A DNA stretch of 64,000 bases from Octopus bimaculoides. Taxonomy: Eukaryota. A program made the translations under genes and the position numbers. The stretch lies in contig NC_069000.1 of the NCBI RefSeq assembly GCF_001194135.2, forward strand, positions 45,870,134 through 45,934,133. The letters are read 5' to 3'. The notes beneath the pieces are model-generated. The model ran no database searches, was not told where the DNA came from, and worked only from the letters and a program-made list of their open reading frames with translations. Shown here piece by piece: positions 27,027 through 40,285 of this stretch (positions are counted from its first letter, which is position 1; every line of letters begins with the position of its first letter).

Positions 27027-28445
27027 CAAGGGTGTGTGGTGATGGTGGTGGAGTAAAGCACTGAGTGATGTGTGTGAGAGAGAAGCAGTGATTGTGTGTA
27101 AGAGAGGGAGAGAACGATGTATATGTGAGGGGGAAAGTCAGTTATGTGTGATGGTGGTGGTGGAGTGAGACACTGAGTGGTGTATGTGGCAGTGGTGGAG
27201 TGGGTGAGAGAAAGAGAGTAATGTGTGACAATTGAAATGGAATCTTCCACTTGTCCTGTGATGTTTCAATAATTAACAACTGATATTGCGTCTCTGATGT
27301 GTTTCAGCTACTTAATCTACACACCTCGCTCTGACTCACTTCATACACACAAACACTCATCCACTGTTATATACATACATACACACATTGTCATACACAC
27401 ACACTATTGCACACATACTCCTGCACTATCACATATACACATATTTTTCTTTGTCTTACAAATGAGTAATTATTGAGTACTCAGTCTGTTGTGTGGAGTA
27501 TATTAAAGTAAAATTACTTACTCATATCGTTGTTTCAACATTAAAATTTTGATGTTTTGTGTGTATGTAGGTGTGTGTGAGTGTATATAGCACACACACA
27601 CAAGGTGTCTCTTACCCCTGAAAAAGATACATACTCGATGCTTACAAAGATATCATTTATTCAAATACAGTTCTTTTTTTTTTTCTTTTCTTTCTGAATG
27701 CTTATTTTCAAACTGGTGGTCTTTCTCATCCAAGAACTGCTGCTAACAGGATGCAACAGAATTGCAAACATCAAGAAACATTTTGTTTGATATTTATTTG
27801 CATTCTCATTCAGTGGCTGACCACAATTCGTTGACTGTTGCTATAAAGTTTATTTTTTAAGTGTCCCTATTAAAAAATGTCTAGTGGTGTGAGGTCCAGT
27901 GAAGGCAGCTGGTATTCTACCTACATACCTACATGTATATGTATATATACATGCATATGTGGGTACAGGACGTCAAAAAAAAAAAAGTGAAAATGAGAAA
28001 CAAGAACAAAAAACAAAAACATGGAAAACGAACTTTTTGTACAAACAACGAAAGAAACAAATAGAGAAACGAGACAGGCATTCTCTTCATCAGTTGTCCC
28101 CTGTTTGAAATGCAGAGTAGATAAAACGGGGGACAGCTGATGAAGGGAATGTCCAACCCATGGCAGCATTGCAAAAACGGATGTTAAACGATGATGATGA
28201 TGATATATACATACAGGGCTGGCCAAACGTCACCTGACAGTAAATCAAAGCCATTTAATTCTAAGATTTATTTATGCTTAACGACTGAATGAATTTAATA
28301 AAAGCATCTAAATAGGAAACATCATGAAAATGGTTGAAACTGAAGTCCTTCTTGAGCGACATGGTTTTTTGATTGGAGTCAATACAGAATTACAAATGGT
28401 ATTTAAGGAAGTTTGATTTACTGTTGGGTGACTTTTGGCCAACCA

Positions 28446-28486
<41 letters not shown>

Positions 28487-31400
28487 CAATGTGTGTGAGA
28501 GAGAAATGAAATACGTAAAACACTGTTGTTGTTTTCAACAGGACATCCAATGTCAGCGGAGATATCTTGATTAAAGGCAAAGAACGAAACCTGAGAACAT
28601 TCCGTAAAATGTCTTGTTATATCATGCAAGATGACCATTTGCTGCCCCATCTCAGTGTCGAGGAGTCAATGATGTGTTCTGCTAACCTGAAACTGAATGA
28701 GAAGATGAGTAAAGCAGAGAAGCAAAGTTTGGTAAGTAAATATCTGGTGCTTCTTTTACGTTCTCTTATTTACCTCTGTCTGTACACGTTTGTGTACGTC
28801 TGTGTTGATTGTTTGTGTCTTGTGTCTGTTTCTCCTTTGTGTGTGTGTGTAGGTGTTGTTTATGTCTGTGTTTGTGTCTCAGTCTTAATCAGTTATTGAT
28901 GTCCATAGTTATACAGTAATCTCTCAACTATTGCGGGTCTTACATTCCAAAACACCCCACGATCAGTGAAAATCCACTAAGTAGAAACAGTATTATTCTG
29001 TATATATTTCTTTTATTCTAAATGCAAAACAACCCCACGGAGGAATCGATGTAAGCTTAATAAACAATAAACTGCAAAATGGCGGGGGGTTCCTGTAGTT
29101 GTCTTCTGTTGTTATATTTCTCCATCGACCCTTTAGCATTCAGATTGCTCTGTTGAATGTTAAGGGTTTATTTAGTTACATTCTTTTGAATCGATCCAAC
29201 ATTATCTCAGTTTCAAGATTTTGATGAAAAGTAAATTTAATTCCACTGTATCTCCAACCATGTCCTTCCCCAAAGACATTTCTTTTCTCTTTCCTCACAA
29301 ATACAATTGTTTACATTGATGTTTTATCAATTTGTAACAATCTATAAATAGATTGTTCCCTCCCCCCTGTCTCCACATCTATCAATGGACTGGTTGATCC
29401 CTACCTCCACCCACCTGCTCCATATATATTAATAGAACACATTATCTCCCGTTCAATCCCCCCCCTGTCCCTCAGCACCCCTTGTTATTTTTGTTACTTT
29501 TTAAACTTGACCCTGGAACCATTATAGCTTATCTTTGTGGAGTTTACCTGTCAACACAGGTGAGAGCTCTACTTGAAGAAGAACAAGACCAGCCACTTAC
29601 TCCTTCCTCACCTCTGACCCACTTCTAATTTGTGACATCTTTATCTTTAACATGGCTTCCTTTTAAAAAAAAAATTTTTTTAGATGAACTGCTAAATTTA
29701 GTCGATTTGTTTGTGGGTGTGAGTTCAATATCTGGGTCAGTCAAACAATGATTATTATGGTTCAAGGTAAAGAAAAGAATAATTCGTAGAAGAATGACCT
29801 TGGTATGGATAATAGAATGGGAACTATCTACTTTCTTTTTTATTTGTTTCAGTCATTTGACTGCGGCCATGCTGGAGCACCGGCTTTAGTCGAAGAAATC
29901 GACCCCAGGACTTATTCTTTGTAAGCCTAGTACTTATTCTGTTGGTCTTTTTTGCCAAACTGCTAAGTGATGGGGACGTAAACACACCAACATCAGTTGT
30001 TAAGCGATGGGGGAGACAAACACAAACACATACACACACATATATATATATATATATATTATTTTGTTTAAAAGAGTTTCAACACTGTCTATTTTTTATG
30101 TTTTATTTATATTCCTGCAGAACCAATGTGGGGTATAGAATATGGAATATACAATATATAATATAATATACAATATATAATATAATATAANNNNNNNNNN
30201 NNNNNNNNNNNNNNNNNNNNNNNNNNNNNNNNNNNNNNNNNNNNNNNNNNNNNNNNNNNNNNNNNNNNNNNNNNNNNNNNNNNNNNNNNNNNNNNNNNNN
30301 NNNNNNNNNNNNNNNNNNNNNNNNNNNNNNNNNNNNNNNNNNNNNNNNNNNNNNNNNNNNNNNNNNNNNNNNNNNNNNNNNNNNNNNNNNNNNNNNNNNN
30401 NNNNNNNNNNNNNNNNNNNNNNNNNNNNNNNNNNNNNNNNNNNNNNNNNNNNNNNNNNNNNNNNNNNNNNNNNNNNNNNNNNNNNNNNNNNNNNNNNNNN
30501 NNNNNNNNNNNNNNNNNNNNNNNNNNNNNNNNNNNNNNNNNNNNNNNNNNNNNNNNNNNNNNNNNNNNNNNNNNNNNNNNNNNNNNNNNNNNNNNNNNNN
30601 NNNNNNNNNNNNNNNNNNNNNNNNNNNNNNNNNNNNNNNNNNNNNNNNNNNNNNNNNNNNNNNNNNNNNNNNNNNNNNNNNNNNNNNNNNNNCCCCCCCC
30701 CCCTCAATACTCAACTAGTGTTTATTTTATCAACTCCAAAAGGATGGAAGACAAAGTTGACCTCGGCGGAATTTGAACTCAGAATGTAAAAGCAGATGAA
30801 ATGCCACTAAGCATCTTAATGCCTGTGTTAGCTTGGCTCAGCTGTTGAGTAGTGTTACAGATAAACACTTGAATACATATGATGGTGAGGTCACTTGTTG
30901 TATAGTTAGGTCAGTAGTTGTCTACCAGAACTGTCTGAGGTGTCAGGTCCCATGATGTGCCTGGGTCAGTCGGGTGGTCCACTCACCAATTGTACAGTAA
31001 GAGGTGTTTAGTAAGGAAGAGCAGTAGAGATTTGAGCCGATCAAAATATTGTAGCTTTTGCAACATCTTGTACTCAATATTCCTTGCATCTACTTGTACT
31101 CTAACATCTCTTCCCACTCCTTGTACTTGATCTGATGATCTCCTGTGACAAAGAACATACTGGTAAATAATAGGGTTTTTTTTTTTGTTTTTCAGGTTGA
31201 TGAAATTCTTGAGACTCTTGGACTAACAGAGACGAAAAAGACACGGACTGGCAACTTGTCAGGTGGACAGAGAAAGAGACTGTCCATTGCTCTAGAGCTC
31301 GTTAATAACCCACCAATTATGTTCTTTGATGAACCGACCAGGTAAAACTATCGTTTTATGATGCCTTCACATCTCTTTTTTATTATCTTCTTACTTGTGC

Positions 31401-34400
31401 ATTTAGACATCTGTTGTTCAACAGATCCACGCTTTCACTCATGAAACAAACACTTTGACATCTGTTATTAAATAAACAAAGTCTTTAATATTTGTTGTTC
31501 AACAGACATCTTAATACTTGTTAAATAGAGATTCAGTCTCTTGCTGTTCAGCCCCTACTTTAATTCTTGTTAAATAGACAGAGACTCTGACACTTATTGA
31601 ATGCAGAGACACTTTGATGCTTGTTGGTTCAACAGACACACATTGATAACTGTTGTCCAATAGACACTTTGAAACTTGATTTTTCAATAGACAGACACTC
31701 TGATATCTGTTGTTGAATAGGCAGGCACTTTGTTGCAAGTCATTCAATAAACTGATGCTTTGAGTCTTGTTACGCAACAGACAGACACTTTGAACTTAGA
31801 CAAAAGTTGTTCAGAAGACACTTTGAGCCTTGTTGTTTAAAGGATACACACTTTGAACCTTGTTGCTCAACAGACATGTGATTTGAGTTTTGTTGTTCAA
31901 CAGACAGACACTCTGACAATTTGTTCAGTAAACACACACTTTGAATTTTGATACTTTTTGAACAAACAGTTTGTTGATTTAATGAAAGGCCTTGATATCT
32001 GTTGTTGAATGAACATTTTGATTTTTGTCTTCAGCACACACACACACACACACACACTCTCTCTCTTTCTCTCCCACACATGATTTGTAATAGTTTTCCT
32101 GTTTCTCAACAGATATCTAACTCTTTACCTTTTCTAAATTTTTCTCTTTCCCCTCTTGCTTTTCTCCAGTGGTTTGGACAGTGCCTCCTGTTATCAGTGT
32201 ATATCTTTATTGAAGTCTTTGGCTGCTGGCGGCAGAACTGTTGTCTGTACTATACATCAACCCAGTGCAAAACTCTTTGAGATGTTTGACCATGTAAGTA
32301 ACTACTCTTTGTTTTTTTATCTTTTTTTTGCCCCTTGATATGGTGGGATGGGTTTATAGGAGGACTGTCTTGTCAGTACATTGGTGAAATGGCATCATCA
32401 TTTTACATCTACTTTCCATGCTGATATGGGTCAGAGTGGTTCCCATAGTCCAAGACAATTCTTGTTCTGAGTTGCTGCTTCCCTAGGCAGGCCAAAGGAT
32501 CACATCTCGTTCCTTTAACCTGACTGCTAATTGCATATTGCACCCTGTTGCTAACAGGGCACTACATCTCATTGCTAATAGGGTACTGCATTTTTTTGTT
32601 CACTAACTGACCACTTTGTCTTGTTGCTAACTAGCCACTGTGCTTCATTACTAACTGAGCTATTTGTTTTGTTGCTAACTGGCCCTTCTCAGCCTCCCTT
32701 TGTCTATCTGTATATGTAGCCCCACATCCAAATAGGGTTTGCTTAAATAGAAAGATCTGTTTAAGAGGGGTTAAAAGTGGTCAAACATTGAAGCCACAAA
32801 GAAATTGTAATCTTTTATAAATACCATCTATTTTAGTTGAAATATTTGTCTGTCTGTTTGTCTTTTCAGTTATACATGCTGGCTGAAGGTCAGTGTATCT
32901 ACCGTGGATGTGTTTCCAATTTACTGCCATATTTCGAAAAACAAGGAGTTGTCTGTCCACCATACCACAACCCTGCAGATTTTGGTAAATTTGACAGCTT
33001 TTTCTCTCTTCTCTCTTTTCATACCTCACCATGTGCATAAACACACACACAGATACATGCTCACACATACACACCCAATAAGTTACGAACCACACACAGA
33101 TATGTGTCTACACACACCCAAGTGAATTATGGACCCCGCACACATACATGTATATACATACACACCCATGTAAATTGTAGACCTCTTTCTTCTCCACCGG
33201 AGTTCATATAAGATTTTTGGGGTCCATGCAAAGCACATTAATAAATTAGGGATTTCACAGCAGTAAATTAAGGATCCATGGAAAAAATTTAGTTGTAAAT
33301 GTATTTACTGGAAGAAACAGCTAAATTTCTTTCTCAAACATTTTACATAATTCAACCAACACAAGTGAATGTGTGAAAAACAAAATAGGAATTTTGGAAG
33401 CAGTTTCTATAAAACTAGTTTTCAAACATTGAATGGCTATGGTGGTCCACCAGAATAAATAAAATAGTAATCAAAGGGGTCTATAGACAAAAGATAGTTG
33501 AGAACCATGGGTCTACTCATTCATACAAGCATAACGATTACTTTATTTTTTCGGTTTCCTGATGAAGGACAACTGTCTGAAACGTCAAGTCACTCTCTTT
33601 CTCTATTGAAGCATTAAACTAACACCATATCAAACTTTATTGTTCTTGTGTTGTTATTTTAACACTGTGTTTGTGTTATTTCTTGGCTACAGCTATAGAA
33701 GTTGCTGTTGGAGAATATGGTATTGAGAAAGTGAACCAGTTGATTCTGGCTGTGAAGAATGGTCGCTGTGTCCGACCTCTTCCTTCTCCAGAGATTGTCA
33801 TCAATGACCAGGAAAAAGCAGCGTTGATGCGGTGTGAGAAAGAAGCTATGATGGTTAATGGTACACCAATGGTGCACCACAACCAGCACGAGTATGACTG
33901 GAACCCAGAATTAGAGGAGAAGAAGAAATTAATGGAACCTGCGGCTTTGTCGAACCTATGTAATGGTTACACCAATAATCACCTGCCTGTGCAGGTGGAC
34001 CACATTAAACCTCACATAAACACTCCGACTATTGTCACCAAAGCAGATGTAAGTATATGCCTTTATTGTTGTTGCTGCTGCTGCTAGTAGTGTTAGTCAT
34101 GGTTGTATTCCTGTTCTTGTTAACGGTGGTGGTGGTGTAGTGAAAGAATTTCAGGGTAGGATCAGTTCACTTAGAACTGAAATACTATAAGAGCAGTCCA
34201 CTCAGCTGTTAATAGGTCCCAATGTATAGAGATAGTAAGCCTAGCTACAAATAAATCCTGCAATGTGAGAACAGTCCACCTACTTGTGAAAGGTACTTTA
34301 GTAGAAAGTGGGTTATACATCTTTAGATTGTATACCTGACTTTCTACTATAAAATTAAAGAATATAACGGAACGCTGAACTCCAGACTAAACAATTTAAA

Positions 34401-36759
34401 CACACTTTATTTAGGTGGTAAACATATAAACGCATCTTTAGTTCTTGTTGTGAGCGAGCTGTCGAGTGTAAGTCCGAAAGATGTAGAGATAGCTTTAGCA
34501 CACGTCCATGCTCAATCGCTGGCCAGCAAGAAAGAGAATGAATTGAGCGGGAAACGCTTGCTTGTTTAATTCTACGCATGCGTAAGACTACGCATGTGCA
34601 GGCGTTACTACAGTTCTATTGGGTAGGAACAATCCATTTAGTTTTGTGATGCTACAGGAACAGTCTACCTACCTGTAAATGAGGTACCACAGTATTGGAA
34701 CAGCTGGCCACATGTAAATAGTTGGAGCACTGTAAAATTAATGAATGTTCCATAAATTTGCTCTGTTGAGTGCAAATAATCTTTCTACTCCTGTGAGTGT
34801 GACTCAGGAATGGAGGCCAATTTCAATGTCTTGGTTATTAATTAAATAGGCTTAGTCACCCACTGATGGATTCTCTGAATTAGAAAGACCTGATTGTTTG
34901 ACAACTGTTGTTAGGTGTCCATTATAAATCTACCTCTTTCTCATATCTTATCTCTTCCCCCTCCTTGCTATATAATCTGTCTCAGTGTCACCATTCCAAT
35001 GTTTCATTATTCCAGGAGAACGACTATGAATTACACACTTTTGCCACAAGTTGTTTCACTCAGTTCAGAATTCTCTTCATTCGAACCTTCATCACAATTC
35101 TTCGAGATACGGTAAGATTTATTTAATTTTATTTCTACAGTTTTCATGAGGCGGAGGAGGAGATGGCGTGGTGGGGTGGGGGTGTCTTGGGAGGGAAATC
35201 AAAATGGCTGAATGATTCGATAGTCTTTGGTTACCTTTCACCATTTCTGGTTAGAATTTCCTACTATTCGTCACTCTTGGTCAGTCTTCTACAGTTTTAA
35301 TAAGACACACTGATATTTTCTGGTCATCACCTTTGGCCACTTTGTGTCTCCCCGCCCCATTTAAATATGACTGATTTCTAACCACAAACAAAAGAATTAT
35401 TCAAAAGGTGTGGCGTTCAACAATATGATTGAAGGATTAACAGTTCTGTTGGCATTCCTGAAATCCAATATGATTGAAGGATTAACAATTCTGTTGGCAT
35501 TCCTGAAATCCAATATGATTGAAGGATTAACAATTCTGTTGACATTCCTGAAATCCAATATGATTGAAGGATTAACAATTCTGTTGGCATTCCTGAAATC
35601 CCATATTCTATCGCACTGTGTAGCACCTTGGTCATGGGGCTTGTTATGAATGTTGGCAAGATTCCTCCATGTCTTGTGATTGCAAAGCAAACTCGTTAAC
35701 CACACTTCATTGCATGCACCTGTGTGTGTTTGTGTTAAAATATTAATCCTAGTAATTAAACATCTTCCCTATGTCTAATCCATGTCTTTCTCATTGTTTC
35801 TCTTTCTCTCCAGACACTGACCAGACTACGATTACTTGCCCATGTATCTGTTGGCGTCCTCATTGGATTACTTTATTTGGGAATCGGTAATGAAGCTAGC
35901 AAAGTCTTCAACAACACAGGTTGTCTCTTCTTCTGTATGCTCTTCCTCATGTTTACAGCTCTCATGCCAACCATTTTGACATGTAAGTATTCTAAAGATT
36001 TACTAGTTGTTGACTCTCGTGCATGCTTTTACACACACACAGATTTTCACCTCCTAATTTCTCTCACAAAATATTACTTGACTGAAAGCTACAGAATGGC
36101 ATGCTATGGGATAGAACTGAAGACCACGTGGTTACTAAGTGAATTTCATATCCACATGAGTGTCTAGTTTGCGCATGTACTTCCTACTGGTTATAGAACA
36201 TAGCTATAAGATTGTTCTTGTCATGTCGCAAGATCTACAAGTTTCAAGGTGGCCTGAAGAAACATTTCAAGATTCATTAAGATTAAACACCAGAGATGGT
36301 CCAGGCTGCACCAAAACTAGTGTGCAATTTATGTGGACGCCTTTTTAAAATGTCTAGTCTAAAAATGCCACAGAAGATCTGTTGTGGTGAGTCATTGACA
36401 GCCCCGTGGGATTGGTAGCATATTGGTTGAGAGGAGAGAAGTCATAGGAAGTCATTGAGAGCCTTGTGTGTGGATTTGGTAGAAGGAAACTGAAAGAAGC
36501 TCATTGTGTGTATATATGTATATGCATGTATGGCTGTGTGTTTGTGTCTCTGTTTGTCCCTCAACCATTGCTTGACAACCGATGTTGGTGTGTTTACATC
36601 CCCATCACTTAGCGGTTTGGCCAAAGAGAGCGATAAAATAAGTACTAGGCTTACAAAAAATAAGTCCTGGTGGGGGGCGATTTGTTCGACTAAGGGCAGT
36701 GCTCCAGCATGTTGTTCTCTCAACTTGTCTTTGTCTTTTGTTTCTGTACATTTGAATTG

Positions 36760-36795
<36 letters not shown>

Positions 36796-39002
36796 AGTTG
36801 CTGTCTAATATCTGTCAACTTTGAATGCATCTTCTCCCTCTCTTTGTTCCAGTTCCCATGGAATTGTCAGTATTTGTACGTGAACATTTGAATTATTGGT
36901 ACAGCCTGAAAGCTTATTACCTTGCAAAAACAATGGCTGATATGCCTTTCCAGGTAATTATCACATTGTCACCATTTTTAACACTTCTGAAATTACACCC
37001 ACCACCACCACCACCATCTGCTATTATCATCATCCTCTCTTCAGTATCACCATCATTAACAATATTGATATCATTAGTAGCAGCAGCATCACAATTGTCA
37101 TCATTACATCTCTATCATTACTACTCTTCTTACTCCCACCATCTTACATTTAATCTATGATTTTGATTAACTTCAGTTGTCTTAATGTCTCTTCATACCA
37201 ACCTCTGCATCAGTCTAATTCTCATATCATCTTGCCTGTCTGTTGATGTGTTCCTCACATCCAAAATCATTATATCCTTAAACAAGACGCTCTATTACAC
37301 CACATATATCAACCATAAAATATAACACCTCTCACTGTTTCTTTTCCTCTCCCTATCACCCTTTACTCCTACAGGTGATCCTGCCCCTTGTGTATGGCAG
37401 TATAGTGTACTGGATGACCTCACAGCCATGTGACTTCCTCCGCTTCTTCATGTTCATGACGTTAGCAACCCAGACATCTTTGGTGGCCCAATCCATGGGA
37501 CTCTTAATTGGAGCAGCAACATCACTACAGGTAATATTATTTTATGTCACTCCACCCATATCTCTCTCTCCCACTTTATATACACACACACAGTAATCCC
37601 TCGACTATCAAGGTTATTTGTTATGTTCCAAAACCTCCGTGATAGGTGAAAATCTGAAGTAGAAACAGTACTGTACTTGTAGAAAGATATATTTTTCAAT
37701 GCGTAAAATACTGATATAACAGTATATATGGGACTGTATATTTTAAAAATTATTTTTATAATTTATTTTATTATAAATGCGATAGGTGAACCACACTAAC
37801 CTCAGTTCTCTATTTCTCCTCCAGGTGGCAGTGTTTCTTGGTCCTGTCATGACTATACCAATTCTTCTGTTCAGTGGTTTCTTTGTCAACTTTGACACCA
37901 TACCATCCTACCTCCAGTGGCTGTCTTACGTCTCTTATACCAGGTCAGTATACACACACACAATACAGTTGCTTGTCAGCTCAGTATTTCTCTCAATTTC
38001 ACATTGTAGCTGTTGATTCATACACCAATTGGTAGGTCCTTGCACACACATAGTGATGACATTGTAGAACAGTCGAACAGCATATCAGTCACTCTTACAC
38101 TAATTATCAGGATAGACAACATTAAAAAATGGTAACGACATTCTAAATCTGTTTAATGATTGTTCACACCAGTCGATAGGACAGAGGGTATTAACCATTT
38201 TGATACCAGTCTGCCTGGTTCTATAATGCAACTTTCCCATTCTAAAGAGATCTGAATGGAAACCTGTTAAGATTTCATCTTAATTTATGTTCCAAACACC
38301 TTCATTTAATTTCAAAATTAAAACTAAAAGAAGCATCTGTACTGGTGTCACATAAAAAGCATTTGTAGTGGTGCCACGTAAAAGGCACCCATGATGGTGT
38401 CACATAAAAGATTAAAAAAAACTTGTGTTGGTTCCATGTGAAAAGCACCCAGTGCACTCTGTAAAGTGATTGGTGTTAGGAAGGACATCCAGCTGTAGAA
38501 ACCATGCCAAAACAGACAATTGGTGCCTGGTGCAGCTCTCCAGCCATGCCAGCTCCTGTCAAACTGTTCAACTCATGCCTGCTGGAAAATGGATGTTAAA
38601 TGATGATGAAAGGTAGTGATGAAAAGCACTGTGCTTCAAAGAACACAGTAACAAAAAGGTTAAAACCTGGGTGACATATTAAAGACATCAAGTGGCAATT
38701 TGTATGACAGACATTAAAAAGATGATGATGATATTTGTTGTGAAATATTTCAAAGATTCTTTTGTTTTTTTTCCAGGTATTCTTTCGAAGGAGTGTTACA
38801 AGCAATCTATGGATTCGACCGTGGAGCGCTAGACTGTGAAAATAAAGTTTGTCTTTTCCAGAAGGCCACCGATGTTCTGGAGGAAATGGATGTCCAACAT
38901 GCAAAATTTTATGTAGATTTCATTGTTCTGTGCATCTTCTTTGTTATAATTCGTATCGGCTGTTATTTTGTGCTACGTTGGAGAGTGAAGGCCCAACGAT
39001 AA
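26313..39002 (+). CDS. ABCG1: ABCG1/ABCG4-like ABC half transporter, 5'-partial, 12 coding exons
   Basis: Exons with AG/GT boundaries and consistent phases: 26313-26430, 28542-28731, 31196-31341, 32170-32293, 32870-32984, 33693-34048, 35016-35111, 35814-35982, 36853-36953, 37375-37530, 37825-37943, 38777-39002 (TAA); 1916 nt. Motifs: Walker [10 protein letters not shown]-loop YIMQDD, signature LSGGQ, Walker B MFFDEPT, D-loop SGLD, H-loop TIHQP, and TMD motifs [14 protein letters not shown] and LLFSGFFV typical of ABCG1/4. ABCG1 versus ABCG4 cannot be resolved for an invertebrate. The upstream exon must end in phase 1 and was not identified. Confidence 0.93.
28079..28151 (+). repeat. Inverted repeat, 28-bp arms
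   Basis: 25 WC plus 3 G.U pairs on the + strand, with a 17-nt loop. Confidence 0.9.
28214..28448. mobile_element. Tc1/mariner-type MITE with ~36-bp TIRs
   Basis: CAGGGCTGGCCAAACGTCACCTGACAGTAAATCAAA versus TTTGATTTACTGTTGGGTGACTTTTGGCCAACCAATG, preceded by TA. Confidence 0.7.
31405..32025. repeat. Degenerate minisatellite, ~30-bp unit
   Basis: Recurrent TGTTGTTCAACAGACAGACACTTTGA, roughly 20 decayed copies in the ABCG intron 31342-32169. Confidence 0.75.
32525..32685. repeat. Degenerate minisatellite, ~22-25-bp unit
   Basis: Recurrent TTGCTAAC(T/A)GGCCACT. Confidence 0.6.
33559..33586 (+). ncRNA. Minimal hammerhead core (Penelope/retrozyme type) in ABCG intron
   Basis: CTGATGA-A-GGAC(AACT)GTCT-GAA-ACGT-C, with palindromic helix III ACGT and a GUC triplet. 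Helix I is weak (TTC/AAG, with a C.A mismatch next to the core). Confidence 0.5.
34363..34612 (-). mobile_element. Probable solo LTR
   Basis: Minus strand starts TGTAGTAACG and ends CGTTATA (decayed CA end), with AATAAA near its 3' end. It is CpG-rich relative to the flanks. No clear target-site duplication. Confidence 0.45.
35421..35600. repeat. Tandem repeat, 4 x 45 bp
   Basis: Unit CAATATGATTGAAGGATTAACAATTCTGTTGGCATTCCTGAAATC; copies are near-identical. Confidence 0.95.
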
Positions 39003-39839
39003 AGCCACCACCACCACCACCACCACTGCAATCTTTCTAGGATCTCTTTTCTGAAGAAGGTTCTTATAATGGTTTAAAGTCTTTTTTTTTTTTCTCTCCT
39101 TTTTATAAGATTTTCTTATTTCTGAAAAAAAAAAAAAATTATTTTGGTTTTTAAAAATTTCGAAACCAACAATTATAACAACAACAACAAACATACTATA
39201 AAAGCACCAACACAATATTTCAGATTGATAATTGATCTGANNNNNNNNNNNNNNNNNNNNNNNNNNNNNNNNNNNNNNNNNNNNNNNNNNNNNNNNNNNN
39301 NNNNNNNNNNNNNNNNNNNNNNNNNNNNNNNNNNNNNNNNNNNNNNNNNNNNNGGGGGGGGGGCGTGAGCAAGAGGTCAGGTTTGCTAGATGCGATAACA
39401 GATACTCTCTTTCATCACAATAGCCAATAACACTTCAGCTAAGATAATAATAATAATAATAATGATATTTATGATAATTATGACAACAATAACTTGTCAT
39501 TTGAATTGCATCACCAAGCACAGTGTCTCCCTCCCCTGCAGACCCTGCGTTTGCAGGTTCGGTGAGGAAGGAGTGGAGACGTTTATATTTCGGTTTTAAG
39601 AATTGGAAATATTTGGTTTAAAAGGAAAAAAAAAACAAAAAAACATTTCTTGATAAATATTATGTTTATCAATAATTATAAGGGGGTCTGGGTGGAGAGA
39701 GTAGTGAGTATAATAGGCTATGGGCCTGTGTTAATGTGTTTGTGTGTGTATACAAAGAAAGAGATTTAACCTACTCCACAGATCAGTAAATGTATAATTA
39801 ACTCACACACACACACAGGCTTATATACTCACACTGCCA

Positions 39840-39898
<59 letters not shown>

Positions 39899-40279
39899 GC
39901 ACACACTCACCCAGATACATACACACATTCACAGATATATACTCACATTGTGTGTATATGTATCTATCTATTTAGCTATCTATCTTTGTGTGTGTATGTG
40001 TATGTATATATATATATATACACACACACATACTCTGGCATATGTACATTCAATGTGTTGCATGCAACTAAAAAAATTTTTATTCGAATATATTGTGCAT
40101 GTGTGTGTGTTTCGTATGTGTGTACTTGCAAGAGAGTGTGTGTGCATGTGTACTTGCAAGAGAGTGTGTACTCGCAAGTGTGTGTATGAGAAACTAAACT
40201 TTGTAAATACATTATCTTCTGCATGTAAATAATTTATGCAAAAATTTTTTAAATTAAAAAACGTTAATCTTTCGGTCGA

Positions 40280-40285
40280 AATAAA
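40280..40285 (+). terminator. Candidate ABCG polyadenylation signal
   Basis: AATAAA 1.3 kb after the stop codon, followed by a T-rich tract. Other candidates exist. Confidence 0.3.

Noticed and set aside
39354-39363. G runs next to gaps in both 3' regions as G-quadruplex candidates
   Set aside because: The true sequence is hidden by Ns, so no four-tract motif can be shown.
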